This document shows, piece by piece, positions 30,903 through 40,711 of a stretch of 64,000 nucleotides of DNA. Location of the stretch: assembly GCA_963752475.1 (NCBI GenBank), contig CAVVYR010000008.1, forward strand, positions 32,001 to 96,000, written 5' to 3'. Positions within the stretch are counted from its first letter, which is position 1. Each line of letters starts with the position of its first letter. The position numbers and the translations under genes were made by a program. This stretch comes from an uncultured Chloroflexia bacterium (GTDB taxonomy: Bacteria; Chloroflexota; Limnocylindria; Limnocylindrales; CSP1-4). A model generated the notes under the pieces. It made no database searches. It saw only the letters and a list, made by a program, of their open reading frames with translations, and was not told the DNA's origin.

Positions 30903-32453
30903 ATGTCGACCGCTCCCGACGCACTCACGCTGCGCGGTATCAGCAAGTCGTTCCCGGGCGTACGCGCCCTCGATGATGTCGACTTCTCGGTCGCTGCAGG
31001 CGAGGTCCACGGTCTCGTCGGTGAGAACGGCGCGGGCAAGTCGACGCTCATCAAGATCATCGCCGGTGTGTACCAGCGCGATGCCGGCGAGATGCTGGTC
31101 CGCGGCAAGGCCTGCGGGAACCTCACTCCTCACCAGGTCGAGGAGCTGGGCATCCAGTTCATCCACCAGGAGCAGAACCTGGTTTCCGAGTTCACCGTGG
31201 CCCAGGCCGTGTTCATGGGCCAGGAGAAGAAGCTGGGCAAGTGGGTCCCGCTGGTCGACAACCGGCGCATGGAGCAGGAAGCCAGCGCCCTGATCAGCGA
31301 GATGCTAGGTGTCGACCTGCCGGGCAATCGCCTCGTGCGCGACCTCTCGGTGGCCGAGCGCCAGCTGGTTCAGATCGCGAAGGCCCTCCTGACCAAGCCC
31401 AGCGTGGTCGCCTTCGACGAGCCCACCGCTCCCCTCGCCCGTCGCGAGGTCGAGGCGCTCTTCCGCATGATCGACAAGCTGAGAGAGCAGGGCCTGGCCA
31501 TCATCTATATCTCGCACTACCTCCAGGAGATCACGCAGATATGTGATCGCGTGACGGTCTTGCGCAACGGCAAGCTGGCCGGGACGCTGCCGCTACCCGA
31601 GACCTCCATCGAGGACATCGTGACAACCATGGTCGGTCGCGAGATCGACGAGATGTACCCGCCGCGCAAGGTCGAGGTCGGCGCTCCCCGCCTCCATGTC
31701 GAGAACCTCACGCTCCACGGCGCCTTCGAGGACATCTCCATCGACGTCGGCCGAGGTGAGGTCATCGGCGTGACCGGCCTGCTTGGCTCGGGCATCCATC
31801 CCCTGGCCGAGACGCTCTACGGCCTGCGTCGGCCGGATTCGGGAACCATTCGGCTCGACGGGACCGAGCTGGGAGCGCTCACTGCCTCCAAGGCGGCCGA
31901 GCTTGGCTTTGGCATGGTGCCCAAGGATCGTCGCTGGGAAGGCGTGGTCGTATCCATGTCGGTAGCGGACAACGTCAACCTCTCGAGCCTTGAGAAGTCG
32001 GCTCGTGGCGGCCTCATCAGCAACCGTGTGTACCGCGAGCGCGCCACCAAGATGATCGACGCGCTGAGCATCAAGACCCCGACACCTGATACGGCCGTGC
32101 GCTATCTCAGCGGCGGCAACCAGCAGAAGACCGTCATCGCCCGCTGGCTCTCGGCTGACACTCAGGTATTCGTGCTGGAGGAGCCGGGCCTGGGCGTCGA
32201 CGTCGGGGCCAAGATCGAGATCTACACGCTCATCAATGAGATGGCTGCCGCCGGTTCGGCGGTCATCATCGTCGGCTCCGACATCCCCGAGCTGCTGGGC
32301 GTCTGCGACCGCGTACTGGTGATGTATCGCGGCGAGATCGCCAAGGAGCTCATGTCGGCGGAGACGACACCTGACACCGTGCTCTACTGGTCGACCAGCG
32401 GAGGATCGAAGACGGACGCAGCGGGCACCGACACGGCGCAGTTGGCCTCATGA
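30903..32453 (+). CDS. Monosaccharide ABC transporter ATP-binding protein (RbsA-like)
   Basis: GENGAGKST, DEPT, LSGGNQQK, two ABC domains. Confidence 0.95.
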   Translation: MSTAPDALTLRGISKSFPGVRALDDVDFSVAAGEVHGLVGENGAGKSTLIKIIAGVYQRDAGEMLVRGKACGNLTPHQVEELGIQFIHQEQNLVSEFTVAQAVFMGQEKKLGKWVPLVDNRRMEQEASALISEMLGVDLPGNRLVRDLSVAERQLVQIAKALLTKPSVVAFDEPTAPLARREVEALFRMIDKLREQGLAIIYISHYLQEITQICDRVTVLRNGKLAGTLPLPETSIEDIVTTMVGREIDEMYPPRKVEVGAPRLHVENLTLHGAFEDISIDVGRGEVIGVTGLLGSGIHPLAETLYGLRRPDSGTIRLDGTELGALTASKAAELGFGMVPKDRRWEGVVVSMSVADNVNLSSLEKSARGGLISNRVYRERATKMIDALSIKTPTPDTAVRYLSGGNQQKTVIARWLSADTQVFVLEEPGLGVDVGAKIEIYTLINEMAAAGSAVIIVGSDIPELLGVCDRVLVMYRGEIAKELMSAETTPDTVLYWSTSGGSKTDAAGTDTAQLAS

Positions 32454-33454
32454 GTGCGATCTCCAACGCCTTCACCGGCGACACGCCCTGGGCACGCGCT
32501 CTCGACTTCCTGCTCCGCTACGGCGGGCTGCTGATCATCGCAGCCGTCTTCATCTACTTCACCATCATGTCGCCGGTCTTCCTGACCGGCGACAACCTGA
32601 TGGCCATCCTGAAGCAGTCGGCGGTGCTGGCCGTCGCGGCGTTCGGTGCTTCCACGGTCATGATCGGCGGCGGCACCCACATCATCAAGGGTGGTATCGA
32701 CCTCTCGGTCGGCGCCCAGCTGGGCCTGACCACGGCTGTCTACGCGCTCATGCTGACCAACGGCTGGAACCCGTTCGTGGCGATCGCCGTCGGTACCGCC
32801 GCGGCCCTGCTCATCGGACTGGGCAACGGCATCGCGGTGGCGATGGTCGGTATCGTCCCGCTGCTGGCCACGCTGGCCATGCAGAACGTGGTCAACGGCA
32901 CCGAGCTGCTCATCACCAACAACGTCAACGTGCCGGTGTCGTCGGACTTCATCGACTGGCTGGCCAATGGCGAGATCCTGTTCCTGCCGGTACCGGTGGT
33001 CATCCTCATCTTCGCCTTCGTCGGCTTCTACCTCTTCATCGAGCGGACACCCCTCGGAGTCCAGATCCGGGCCACCGGCGGCAACGCCGACGCGGCCATC
33101 CAGGCCGGCATCGCCATCCGGCGCAACGTCATCCTGACCTACGTGCTGGCCAGCCTGGCCGTGGCCATCGCTGCCATCATCATCGTCGGGCGCGTCTCCG
33201 GTAGCGTCCGAGGCATCGGTCCGTTGATGCTCCTGGACATCCTGCTGGCAGCGTATGTGAGCGCCATGTTCTCGCGCCGCTGGGTCATCAACATCCCCGG
33301 CACCCTCGTCGGTGCCATCTTCGTCGGCGCCCTCACGAACGGCTTCACGCTCGTGAACATCGCGACCTATTGGGTCCTCGCAGTGAAGGGTGTGCTCATC
33401 CTCATCGTGGTGGCAGCCACGTCGCTACAGCGGCAGCGGGAGACCAGGCGATGA
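32450..33454 (+). CDS. Monosaccharide ABC transporter permease
   Basis: GIDLSVG, G.N..AA..AGI, multiple TM helices. Confidence 0.93.
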   Translation: MSAISNAFTGDTPWARALDFLLRYGGLLIIAAVFIYFTIMSPVFLTGDNLMAILKQSAVLAVAAFGASTVMIGGGTHIIKGGIDLSVGAQLGLTTAVYALMLTNGWNPFVAIAVGTAAALLIGLGNGIAVAMVGIVPLLATLAMQNVVNGTELLITNNVNVPVSSDFIDWLANGEILFLPVPVVILIFAFVGFYLFIERTPLGVQIRATGGNADAAIQAGIAIRRNVILTYVLASLAVAIAAIIIVGRVSGSVRGIGPLMLLDILLAAYVSAMFSRRWVINIPGTLVGAIFVGALTNGFTLVNIATYWVLAVKGVLILIVVAATSLQRQRETRR

Positions 33455-34446
33455 CTGCCGGCGTCAGCGTCCAGTCGTCGGACACCCGCTCGGGTGCGGC
33501 CCGAACCGTCGCCTTCCTGCGGCGGTATGCCGTCTGGATCGCCTTCTTCCTCGTCGTCGCCTTCTTCGCGGTCTTCGCGGAACGCTTCGCGACCACCAAC
33601 AACGCCCTCAATATCGCCAGCCAGAGCGTCATCCTGATGTTCGTGGCCCTGGCCATGACGCTCGTGGTCACCGCCGGCGGCATCGATCTCTCCGTCGGCG
33701 TCTCCTTCGACTTCGCCGCGCTGGCGGGCGTGAGCCTGCTGGTCGCCGACGTGCCCTGGCCGCTGGCCATCGCCGTGGGGCTCGGATTCGGCACCCTCGT
33801 CGGCGTCTTCAACGCCGGCATGATCGTGAAGGTTGGGATCAGCCCGTTCCTCGCGACCCTGGCCATGCTCTTCATCGGCGAGAGCGTGCAGCGCATCTAC
33901 ACCACCGGTGGTGCGCCGATCTACGTGGCCGTGATGGAGCCCGCCTACCGCTACATCGGCGGCGGCAAGATCATCGACAACGTGCCGTTCTCGCTGGTCC
34001 TGGCACTGATCCTCATCGTGGTCATGTTCGTGCTCATCGAGCGCATGGTCCACGGCCGCCGATGGCGCGCCATCGGCGCTCAGCCTGAGGCGGCGCGCAT
34101 CGCCGGCATCATGGTCCACCGCTACCAGGCCGCGACGTACATCATCGGAGCCTTCATCTGCTCCGCTGCCGGCATCATCCTCAGCTCATCGTTGAGCTCC
34201 TACGTCCCGGTCTCGGGTGGTGCATACCTGATGGACGCCATCGGCGCGACCTTCATCGGCACGGCCATCGACGAGGAGGGCCGACCGAACGTGCTGGGCA
34301 CGGTCCTGGGCGTGCTCTTCCTGGGCGTCCTCGCCAACGGCTTGAACCTCATCGGCATCAACTTCTACTGGCAGGCTGTGGCCAAGGGCGTGCTCATCTT
34401 CGGGGCCCTTGCTCTCGGCGTCCTCAACCGCCGCCGACAGTCCTGA
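33451..34446 (+). CDS. Monosaccharide ABC transporter permease
   Basis: GGIDLSVG, AIG..PEAARIAGI, DAIGATFIG. Confidence 0.93.
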   Translation: MTAGVSVQSSDTRSGAARTVAFLRRYAVWIAFFLVVAFFAVFAERFATTNNALNIASQSVILMFVALAMTLVVTAGGIDLSVGVSFDFAALAGVSLLVADVPWPLAIAVGLGFGTLVGVFNAGMIVKVGISPFLATLAMLFIGESVQRIYTTGGAPIYVAVMEPAYRYIGGGKIIDNVPFSLVLALILIVVMFVLIERMVHGRRWRAIGAQPEAARIAGIMVHRYQAATYIIGAFICSAAGIILSSSLSSYVPVSGGAYLMDAIGATFIGTAIDEEGRPNVLGTVLGVLFLGVLANGLNLIGINFYWQAVAKGVLIFGALALGVLNRRRQS

Positions 34447-34447
34447 G

Positions 34448-35459
34448 ATGTCCACCGGTCTCCGACCTCCCCGGGGGCTGCCGAGTTCCGGTCGCCTTGC
34501 CGCATGGCTGAAGCGGCCGGAACTCGTTCTCATCGTGGTGCTGCTGCTCGCGGGTGCCTTACTGCGGCCGGTCGCCGCACTCTGGTCCGAACCCATCGCG
34601 GTGGCGCCCCAGTACGGACGCTCGGCCATGACGCTTTGGGAGGTGCTGCCGGAGCCGGGCTACCTGGTGCCGGTCAGTCGACGCACCCCCGAAGTAGAGG
34701 TCTCACCCGAGAACGCGGTACGCCAGTTGCTGGCTGGCCCGGTCGCCGGCCCCGACCTCGAGGCTCCCTTCGCAGACGGGACCGAGCTGTTGGCGTTCGA
34801 GCTGGATGAGGAGCACGCTCGAGTGGCACTGTCGCCGACAGCACTCGAGACCGACGACTTCCAGCGCGCGATCGACGCGCTGGTGCTGACACTGACCGAG
34901 TTCCCTGAGGTCACGGTCGGTCTCTGTCGCGGTCGACCAGACCCACGCTGACGACCTCGAGCGCCCGACCGTCAACCCTGAGTCCGAGACCGCCGCCGAG
35001 GGCGGTACCTTGCTGTACTTCGCCTACCAGGGCGAGGATCGCTACCTAGTGCCGGTCACGCGCGAGTCCAAGTCCGATGGACCGGGGCCGGCGGCGGTCA
35101 TGGACGAGTTCCTGACCGGCCCGCAGGCCGGCAGCGGCCTCGAGCCGGTCGTGCCTTCGGACGTGCGCGTGCGAGAGGTGCGGTTCGAGAACGGCCTGGC
35201 TACGGTCGACTTCAACGCCAACCTCGTCTATGCCTACCGCCTCTCGAAGGCCAACTCGCTGTTCGTGCGCCGGGCGGTGATGGCCACGCTCACCGATCTG
35301 CCCGAGGTCGATGCCGGACTCATCGAGATCGACGGCTCGCGCCTGCTGCTATACACCTGCGTCAACGTGACCCAGGAGTTCCCACAGGCACGCCCGTGGG
35401 CCATCAACGACGAGTTCTACCTTGAGACCCTGCCCCTCCCGGAGGCCACGGCCGCATGA
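34448..35459 (+). CDS. Membrane-anchored protein with two GerMN domains; frameshift ~34925
   Basis: YLVPVSR...LLAGP...LTLTEFPEV and LYF....YLVPVTR...LTGP...ATVDF...TLTDLPEV. Confidence 0.75.
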
Positions 35460-36620
35460 CCGCCGGAACGCCCGAGGTCGCCTACTTCGACAACGCGGCC
35501 ACCAGCTGGCCCAAGCCGCCAGGCGTCGCAGCCGCCATACAGCGGTACCTGCGATTCCGTCGGCGGCAGCCCGGGGCGTGCGGGACACCGCCTGGCGGTC
35601 GAGGCCGGTCGCGCGGTCTACGAGGCGCGCGAGGCCCTCGCCGAGCTCGTCGGGGGGAGCGACCCGGAGTCGGTCATCCTGCTCAAGAACGCCACTGAGG
35701 CCTTGAACCTGGCCATCCTTGGGACCATCGACCGAGGCGACCGGGTGCTCGTCAGCGCCCTCGAGCACAACTCTGTCATGCGGCCGCTGCGCCACCTGGA
35801 GGCCACGCTCGAGGTCACGGTCGAGGTCGTCAAGTGTGGACCGGACGGCACCATCGACCCGGCCTGCCTGGCGCGTGCGCTCAAGGAACCGGCCCGCCTG
35901 GTGGCCGTCAACCACGCCTCCAACGTGACCGGCGCCCTGGCGCCGATCGAGCGGGTCTCGGACATCGCGCATGCCGCCGGCGCCAGCCTCCTCGTCGATG
36001 CCGCGCAGACCGCCGGGGCCTACCCCATCGACGTGGCCGCCATGGGCATCGACTACCTCGCGTTCACCGGGCACAAGAGCCTCTTCGGGCCTCAGGGCAC
36101 CGGCGGTCTGGTCATCGAGTGCCGAGCCGCCGCGCCCGCTGATGTTCGGTGGAACCGGCAGCAACTCCGAGAAGGAACTGCCAGCCCGAGCTCTACCCCG
36201 ACCGGCTGGAGAGCGGGACGCTCAACGGCGTCGGGCTTCGCGGGCCTGGCCGCCGGTCTCGAGTACATCGACGAGCAGTCGGTGGAGGCCATCGGTCGCC
36301 GTGCTCGCGCCCGCCTCGGCCGACTGCTCGAGGGCCTGGCGTCGACGAACGGGGTGCGGGTCCATGGCCCGGCTGATCCGGAGCGACAGATCGGCGTCGT
36401 CTCGATCACCTTCGACGGGTCGCTCGCCGGCAGAGGCCGGCTTACTGCTGGACGACGACTTCGGGGTACTGACCCGCGTAGGGCTCCACTGCTCGCCGGC
36501 AGCCCACCGCACGCATCGGCACGTTCCCCGAGGGCACCGTCCGCCTGAGCATCAGCGACATGACCACGGATCGAGCAGGTCGAGCAGGCCATCGCGGCCG
36601 TCCGTGAGCTGGCCCGCTGA
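35456..36620 (+). CDS. Aminotransferase class V, cysteine desulfurase/selenocysteine lyase family; about six frameshifts
   Basis: YFDNAATSWPKP, SPGRAGH, NATEALN, EHNSV, NHASNVTG, DAAQ, TGHK, ESGT.N, RVGLHCSP, GTVRLS across shifting frames. Confidence 0.85.
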
Positions 36621-36639
36621 GCGATGGCCGGCAGCGGCC

Positions 36640-36888
36640 ATGACGCCACCTTCGAAGGCCGTCGTCACGTTCGAGGGCACGATGCAGGCGCTTCGAGCCG
36701 AGAAGCGGGTCAAGGCCGCCGGGGTCAGCTGCCGCCTCGTGCCCACACCTCGTGAGCTGAGCTCCACCTGCGCACTGGCCCTCTCGTTCGCGCGGGCAGA
36801 CCGCGGTCGTCGTGGGAGCCACGCTCGTGGCTGACGGCTGGCGCGTGGAGGCCGCCTACATGTACCCGCCTGGCGGAGGTGCCCCTGA
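36640..36888 (+). CDS. DUF3343 domain protein; frameshift ~36800
   Basis: VVTF..T.QALRAEK......CRLVPTPRELSSTC.LAL. Confidence 0.8.
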
Positions 36889-36891
36889 GAC

Positions 36892-37365
36892 ATGGGCGCC
36901 ATGAGGGAGCGCTCGCTCCAGCCCTGGATGGCCGGCGTGATCATCGGCGTGGTGGCCGTGCTGGCCGGCACCATCGGCGCTGTCAACCCGCCCGACGCGT
37001 ACGGCTTCTGCACCACCTGCCACGGTCGCGACCTCATCCTCGGGCTGGTTCGACCGCTCAGCGGCGCCACCTTCGACCTGCCCACGCTCTGGCCGGTACT
37101 GACCGTGGTGGGCGTGGTCGGCGGTGCCTGGCTCGCTCGGCGCCTCGCGGCCGAGACCGCGCGACCCGACCGGCTGGACACGATCACCATCGTGACCCGC
37201 GTGATCCAGGGCTTCGTGGTCATGAGCTTCGCGCTGCTGGCGATGGGCTGCCCCATCCGCCTCACGATCAGCGCCGCCAACCTCGCGGTCCCGGCCTTCA
37301 TCGGCCTCGCCGGCGTGGCCCTCGGTATCTGGCTCGGCGTCCAGTACCTCAAGGTGCGAGCCTGA
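36892..37365 (+). CDS. YedE/YeeE sulfur/selenium transporter, N-terminal half
   Basis: NPP...GFCTTCHGRD, GCP.R, TM helices. Confidence 0.78.
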   Translation: MGAMRERSLQPWMAGVIIGVVAVLAGTIGAVNPPDAYGFCTTCHGRDLILGLVRPLSGATFDLPTLWPVLTVVGVVGGAWLARRLAAETARPDRLDTITIVTRVIQGFVVMSFALLAMGCPIRLTISAANLAVPAFIGLAGVALGIWLGVQYLKVRA

Positions 37366-37865
37366 TGGTGGAGCTCGGACTGGTCACGCTGATCGTCGGC
37401 CTCATCGCCGGCTTCGTAGGACAGCGCTCCCGCTTCTGCAGCGTGGGCGGCTTCCGGGACTTCCTCATCGCACGCGATACGACGCTGCTGCTGGGCGTGG
37501 TCGCGCTCTTCGCGGCCGCGTGGCTGACCTTTCCGCTCGTCGAGGCCTACGAGACGCTGACGGCACCGACCGTCGTAGAGCAGAGCGAGGGCCTCGGTGG
37601 TCTGGACCCGCTGGCGGTCGAGGACGACACCGATCTGCTCTCGGACGAGGGCGGCTGGCCGGGCATGACGCTGGCAGCGGTCATCTTCGTGGGTGGCATC
37701 GGCGTCGGCGCGGTTTCCACGGTCGCCGGTGGCTGCCCGTTCCGCGAGCACGTGCTGGCCGGCCAGGGTTCGCGCCAGGCCGTCTTCTACCTGATCGGTT
37801 TCTACATCGCAGCGCTGGCCTTCGGCTTCTGGAGCCCGACGGTCCTACGCTTCATCCTCGGCTAG
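37365..37865 (+). CDS. YedE/YeeE sulfur/selenium transporter, C-terminal half
   Basis: TGATG coupling; QRSRFCSVGGFRD, GGCPFR..LAG.G. Confidence 0.82.
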   Translation: MVELGLVTLIVGLIAGFVGQRSRFCSVGGFRDFLIARDTTLLLGVVALFAAAWLTFPLVEAYETLTAPTVVEQSEGLGGLDPLAVEDDTDLLSDEGGWPGMTLAAVIFVGGIGVGAVSTVAGGCPFREHVLAGQGSRQAVFYLIGFYIAALAFGFWSPTVLRFILG

Positions 37866-37899
37866 GTGGCCGAGCTGGCTAGGCATGGGGAGGATTGAC

Positions 37900-39423
37900 G
37901 TGAGCACCCGACTGCTCGGGGTCGACGTCGGTACATCGCTGGTGAAGGCGGTCATCTTCGACGCCCACGGGGCGGAGCTCGGCCTGGGGTCGAGGAGCGT
38001 AGCTGTGGCAGCTCCTCACCCCGGCTGGGCAGAACAGGACATGGATACCGTTTGGGAGGCAGCGGCCGAGGCTATTCGGGCCGCGCTCTACGAGGCTGGT
38101 CCGGGTGAGATCGCGGCGGTGGCGGTCGCTGGTCAGGGCGACGGCGCCTGGATGATCGACGGGGACGGCCGACCCGTCCGTCCCGCCCCGCTCTGGAACG
38201 ACGGGCGTGCCGCCGAGACGATCGAGCGCTGGGAGCGCGAAGGGGCGCTGCGTGACCTCTACCGCCGAGGCGGGACCGTGCTCTGGACCGGGTCGCAGGC
38301 CGCACTGCTGTCGTGGTTCGTCGAGCACGAGTCAGCAGCCCTCGAGCGGACGACAGCCGTCTTCTGCAGCAAGGACTGGATCAGGTATCGCCTGACCGGC
38401 ACGATCGGCACGGACGAGACGGACGGCTCCATCCCCTTCATGGATCTGGCGGGGCGCAGCGTCAGCATCGAGCAGGCAGCCATCGTCGGCCTGGAGGGAT
38501 CGATCGAGTTCGTACCCGAGGTCAGTCGCTCGACCGACGTGGTCGGAGCGGTGACCCGAGAGGCCGCCGCCGCGACGGGGCTGACTGAGGGCACACCCGT
38601 CGTCGCTGGCGTGCTCGACGTGGCGGCGAATGCCATCGGAGTCGGAGCCATCGACGGCGGACAGGCCATGGTCATCCTCGGCACGACCGCGCTCGCCGCC
38701 GTCATCCTCGACGAACCGCGCTTCGAGCCGGCCGACGTGGGCGCCAGCGTCTGCCATGCGCCCGAGGGGCGCTGGATGCGCGCCCTTGGTTCGATGGCCG
38801 GCACGCCCAACCTGGACTGGTACCTCGAGGCCATGGGTGGCGGCATCATCGCGGACGCCGAGGCCATGGGCCGTGACCGCTTCGCGGTGCTGGAGGACGA
38901 GATCGCGGCCTCGCCGGTCGGAGCGAGTGGCGTGATCTATCACCCGTACCTGCGCGGCGAGCGCGTGCCCTTCATCGCACCCGATGCCCGCGGCGCGTTC
39001 TTCGGCCTGGGCATGGAGACCACCAGGGGCGATCTCGCACGAGCCGTGTCCGAGGGCGTGGCTTTCGCTATTCGCCACATGTTCGAAGCCGTCGGGGCGC
39101 CGGTCTCGCAGGTGCGGCTCTGCGGTGGCGGATCGAGCAGCCAGACCTGGTCGCAGATCCTCGCCGACGTCACCGGTGCGCGCATGATCGAGGCCGCCGG
39201 CAGCCAGTTCGGCGCCCTCGGCGCGGCCATCGTAGCCGGGATCGGCGTGGGGCTCTATCAGGACTACGAGACGGCTGTCGAGCGTTGTGTGCGGGTGCAG
39301 CGCACGCACGAGCCGGACCCTGAGCGGCAGGCGCGATACGACGAGCGTTTCGCCCTCTATACCGACCTCATCGATGCGGTCCGACCGCACTGGGGGCGCC
39401 TCACCGGCGCGAGCCCACCGTAG
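37900..39423 (+). CDS. FGGY carbohydrate kinase (erythritol/L-xylulose kinase-like)
   Basis: GVDVGTS..KA, GQGDGAW, WNDGR, LGTT, PYL.GER.PF, GGG. Confidence 0.92.
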   Translation: MSTRLLGVDVGTSLVKAVIFDAHGAELGLGSRSVAVAAPHPGWAEQDMDTVWEAAAEAIRAALYEAGPGEIAAVAVAGQGDGAWMIDGDGRPVRPAPLWNDGRAAETIERWEREGALRDLYRRGGTVLWTGSQAALLSWFVEHESAALERTTAVFCSKDWIRYRLTGTIGTDETDGSIPFMDLAGRSVSIEQAAIVGLEGSIEFVPEVSRSTDVVGAVTREAAAATGLTEGTPVVAGVLDVAANAIGVGAIDGGQAMVILGTTALAAVILDEPRFEPADVGASVCHAPEGRWMRALGSMAGTPNLDWYLEAMGGGIIADAEAMGRDRFAVLEDEIAASPVGASGVIYHPYLRGERVPFIAPDARGAFFGLGMETTRGDLARAVSEGVAFAIRHMFEAVGAPVSQVRLCGGGSSSQTWSQILADVTGARMIEAAGSQFGALGAAIVAGIGVGLYQDYETAVERCVRVQRTHEPDPERQARYDERFALYTDLIDAVRPHWGRLTGASPP

Positions 39424-39616
39424 GGCCTAGTCGGCGCGCCACGACTGCCCGCAGCGTGGTGATGGACGCATCGAGCTCGATAGAGATCGCCGGCAGGGCG
39501 GTATCGACGACGGTGTTGTCAGGCAGATGGCATTGCCTCTTCTGTCCGCTCTACCCAATAGCCTTGCGCTGCTAGTCATACGATGTAAGGGCGCTTGGCG
39601 ATACGACGGAAGAACC

Positions 39617-39973
39617 ATGTCGCCCGCGATCATGCGCTACTTCGACACCGTCGGCGGTCTCTTCCGCCAGGGTGGCTTCTCGGTCGATCTCATGCACCAC
39701 GCCATGCATGCGCTGGGCAGTCGCGTGCTCGGCTTCAAGCAGGAGCTCTTCGACGACTCGAGCGGGGACGCGCCGGATATGGATGAGGCCTTCGTCAGGC
39801 ACGTTCAGGAGGGTTTTCCCAACATCGCGGCGACCGTGGAGGAGATCCAGCACCAGGAGGAGACGATCGTCGGCTCAGGCTGCGACGACGACGTCGAGTT
39901 CCGCTTCGCGCTCGACATCCTCCTCGACGGCCTGGAGCGCCGCCGCGACGCCGAACTGGAGGGCGCCGGCTAG
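39617..39973 (+). pseudogene. TetR-family C-terminal domain fragment lacking the HTH
   Basis: GGFSVDL.HHAMHALGSR..GF.QEL...CDDD.EF.F.LD.LLDGLE; no HTH upstream in frame. Confidence 0.65.
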
Positions 39974-40377
39974 TTCGACCGCCAGACGTCGAGACCGACG
40001 TGTGGAGCCATGTGTTCGAAGTCGCGATCGGTCGTCAGCATCACGAGGTCATGGCGTAGACACATCTCTGCGAGCAAGGCGTCGACGGTTCCTGCCTGTA
40101 CCCCACGTCGTCGGCAGGTGGCCTGCAACTCTGCTGCCGCGATGTGGTCGCTGCGGTCGGGCATCAGCAGCGGGAGGGCGGCGAACCGGTCAAGGAGTCC
40201 GGCCCGCTGGCCACCGTCGCGCAGGCCCTGAAGGATCTCCTGCAGCACCAGCCCGGTGGTGAAGACGGCCTCACCGGTCTCAAGGGCGCGACTCAGTCGC
40301 TCGACGGTCGGGTCGGTCGATGACGATCGGCGTCGGAAGGCCAGCGACCACACGCTCGTGTCGACGAAGAAGTTCAC
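39970..40377 (-). CDS. vapC: PIN-domain toxin
   Basis: FVDTSVW, QEILQG, VDALLA, LTTDRDF. Confidence 0.92.
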   Translation of the reverse strand: MNFFVDTSVWSLAFRRRSSSTDPTVERLSRALETGEAVFTTGLVLQEILQGLRDGGQRAGLLDRFAALPLLMPDRSDHIAAAELQATCRRRGVQAGTVDALLAEMCLRHDLVMLTTDRDFEHMAPHVGLDVWRSN

Positions 40378-40574
40378 GAGCGAGAGCGTTGCGCCTTGTA
40401 GTCGTACTGCTGATCCCAGTCGAGAGCGCCGAACAGTTCCGTCAGCCGACGCTGCTCGTGTCGAGCGACGTACTCCTCGAGGGCGCGACGGACTGCGGCT
40501 GTCTTGGTCCGTTCACCGCTGATCTCGACGGCCTTCTCAAGCAGCTCTTGCTCGATATCGAGGTTGGTCGCCAT
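40374..40574 (-). CDS. vapB: VapB family antitoxin
   Basis: MATNLDI...LLE.A...G..TK...V..ALEEY; 4-bp overlap with vapC. Confidence 0.9.
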   Translation of the reverse strand: MATNLDIEQELLEKAVEISGERTKTAAVRRALEEYVARHEQRRLTELFGALDWDQQYDYKAQRSRS

Positions 40575-40592
40575 GTGCGAATACTCGCACAT
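40573..40592. promoter_or_regulatory. vapBC autoregulatory operator palindrome
   Basis: ATGTGCGA-ATAC-TCGCACAT perfect inverted repeat overlapping the vapB start codon. Confidence 0.7.
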
Positions 40593-40711
40593 ATCACCGC
40601 ACAAGTCCAGAACTCTGGCTGCCGTGGCCGTGGAGCCGGTCGCGTCCGAGCTAGCGCGCCACAAGCCCTATCCTGAGTCGGTCACACCGATCGACGACAG
40701 GGAGGGCCACC

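Noticed and set aside
37363-37367. TGA between yedE halves as a selenocysteine codon
   Set aside because: The downstream half is in another frame and starts at the overlapping ATG; the position does not align with a Cys motif
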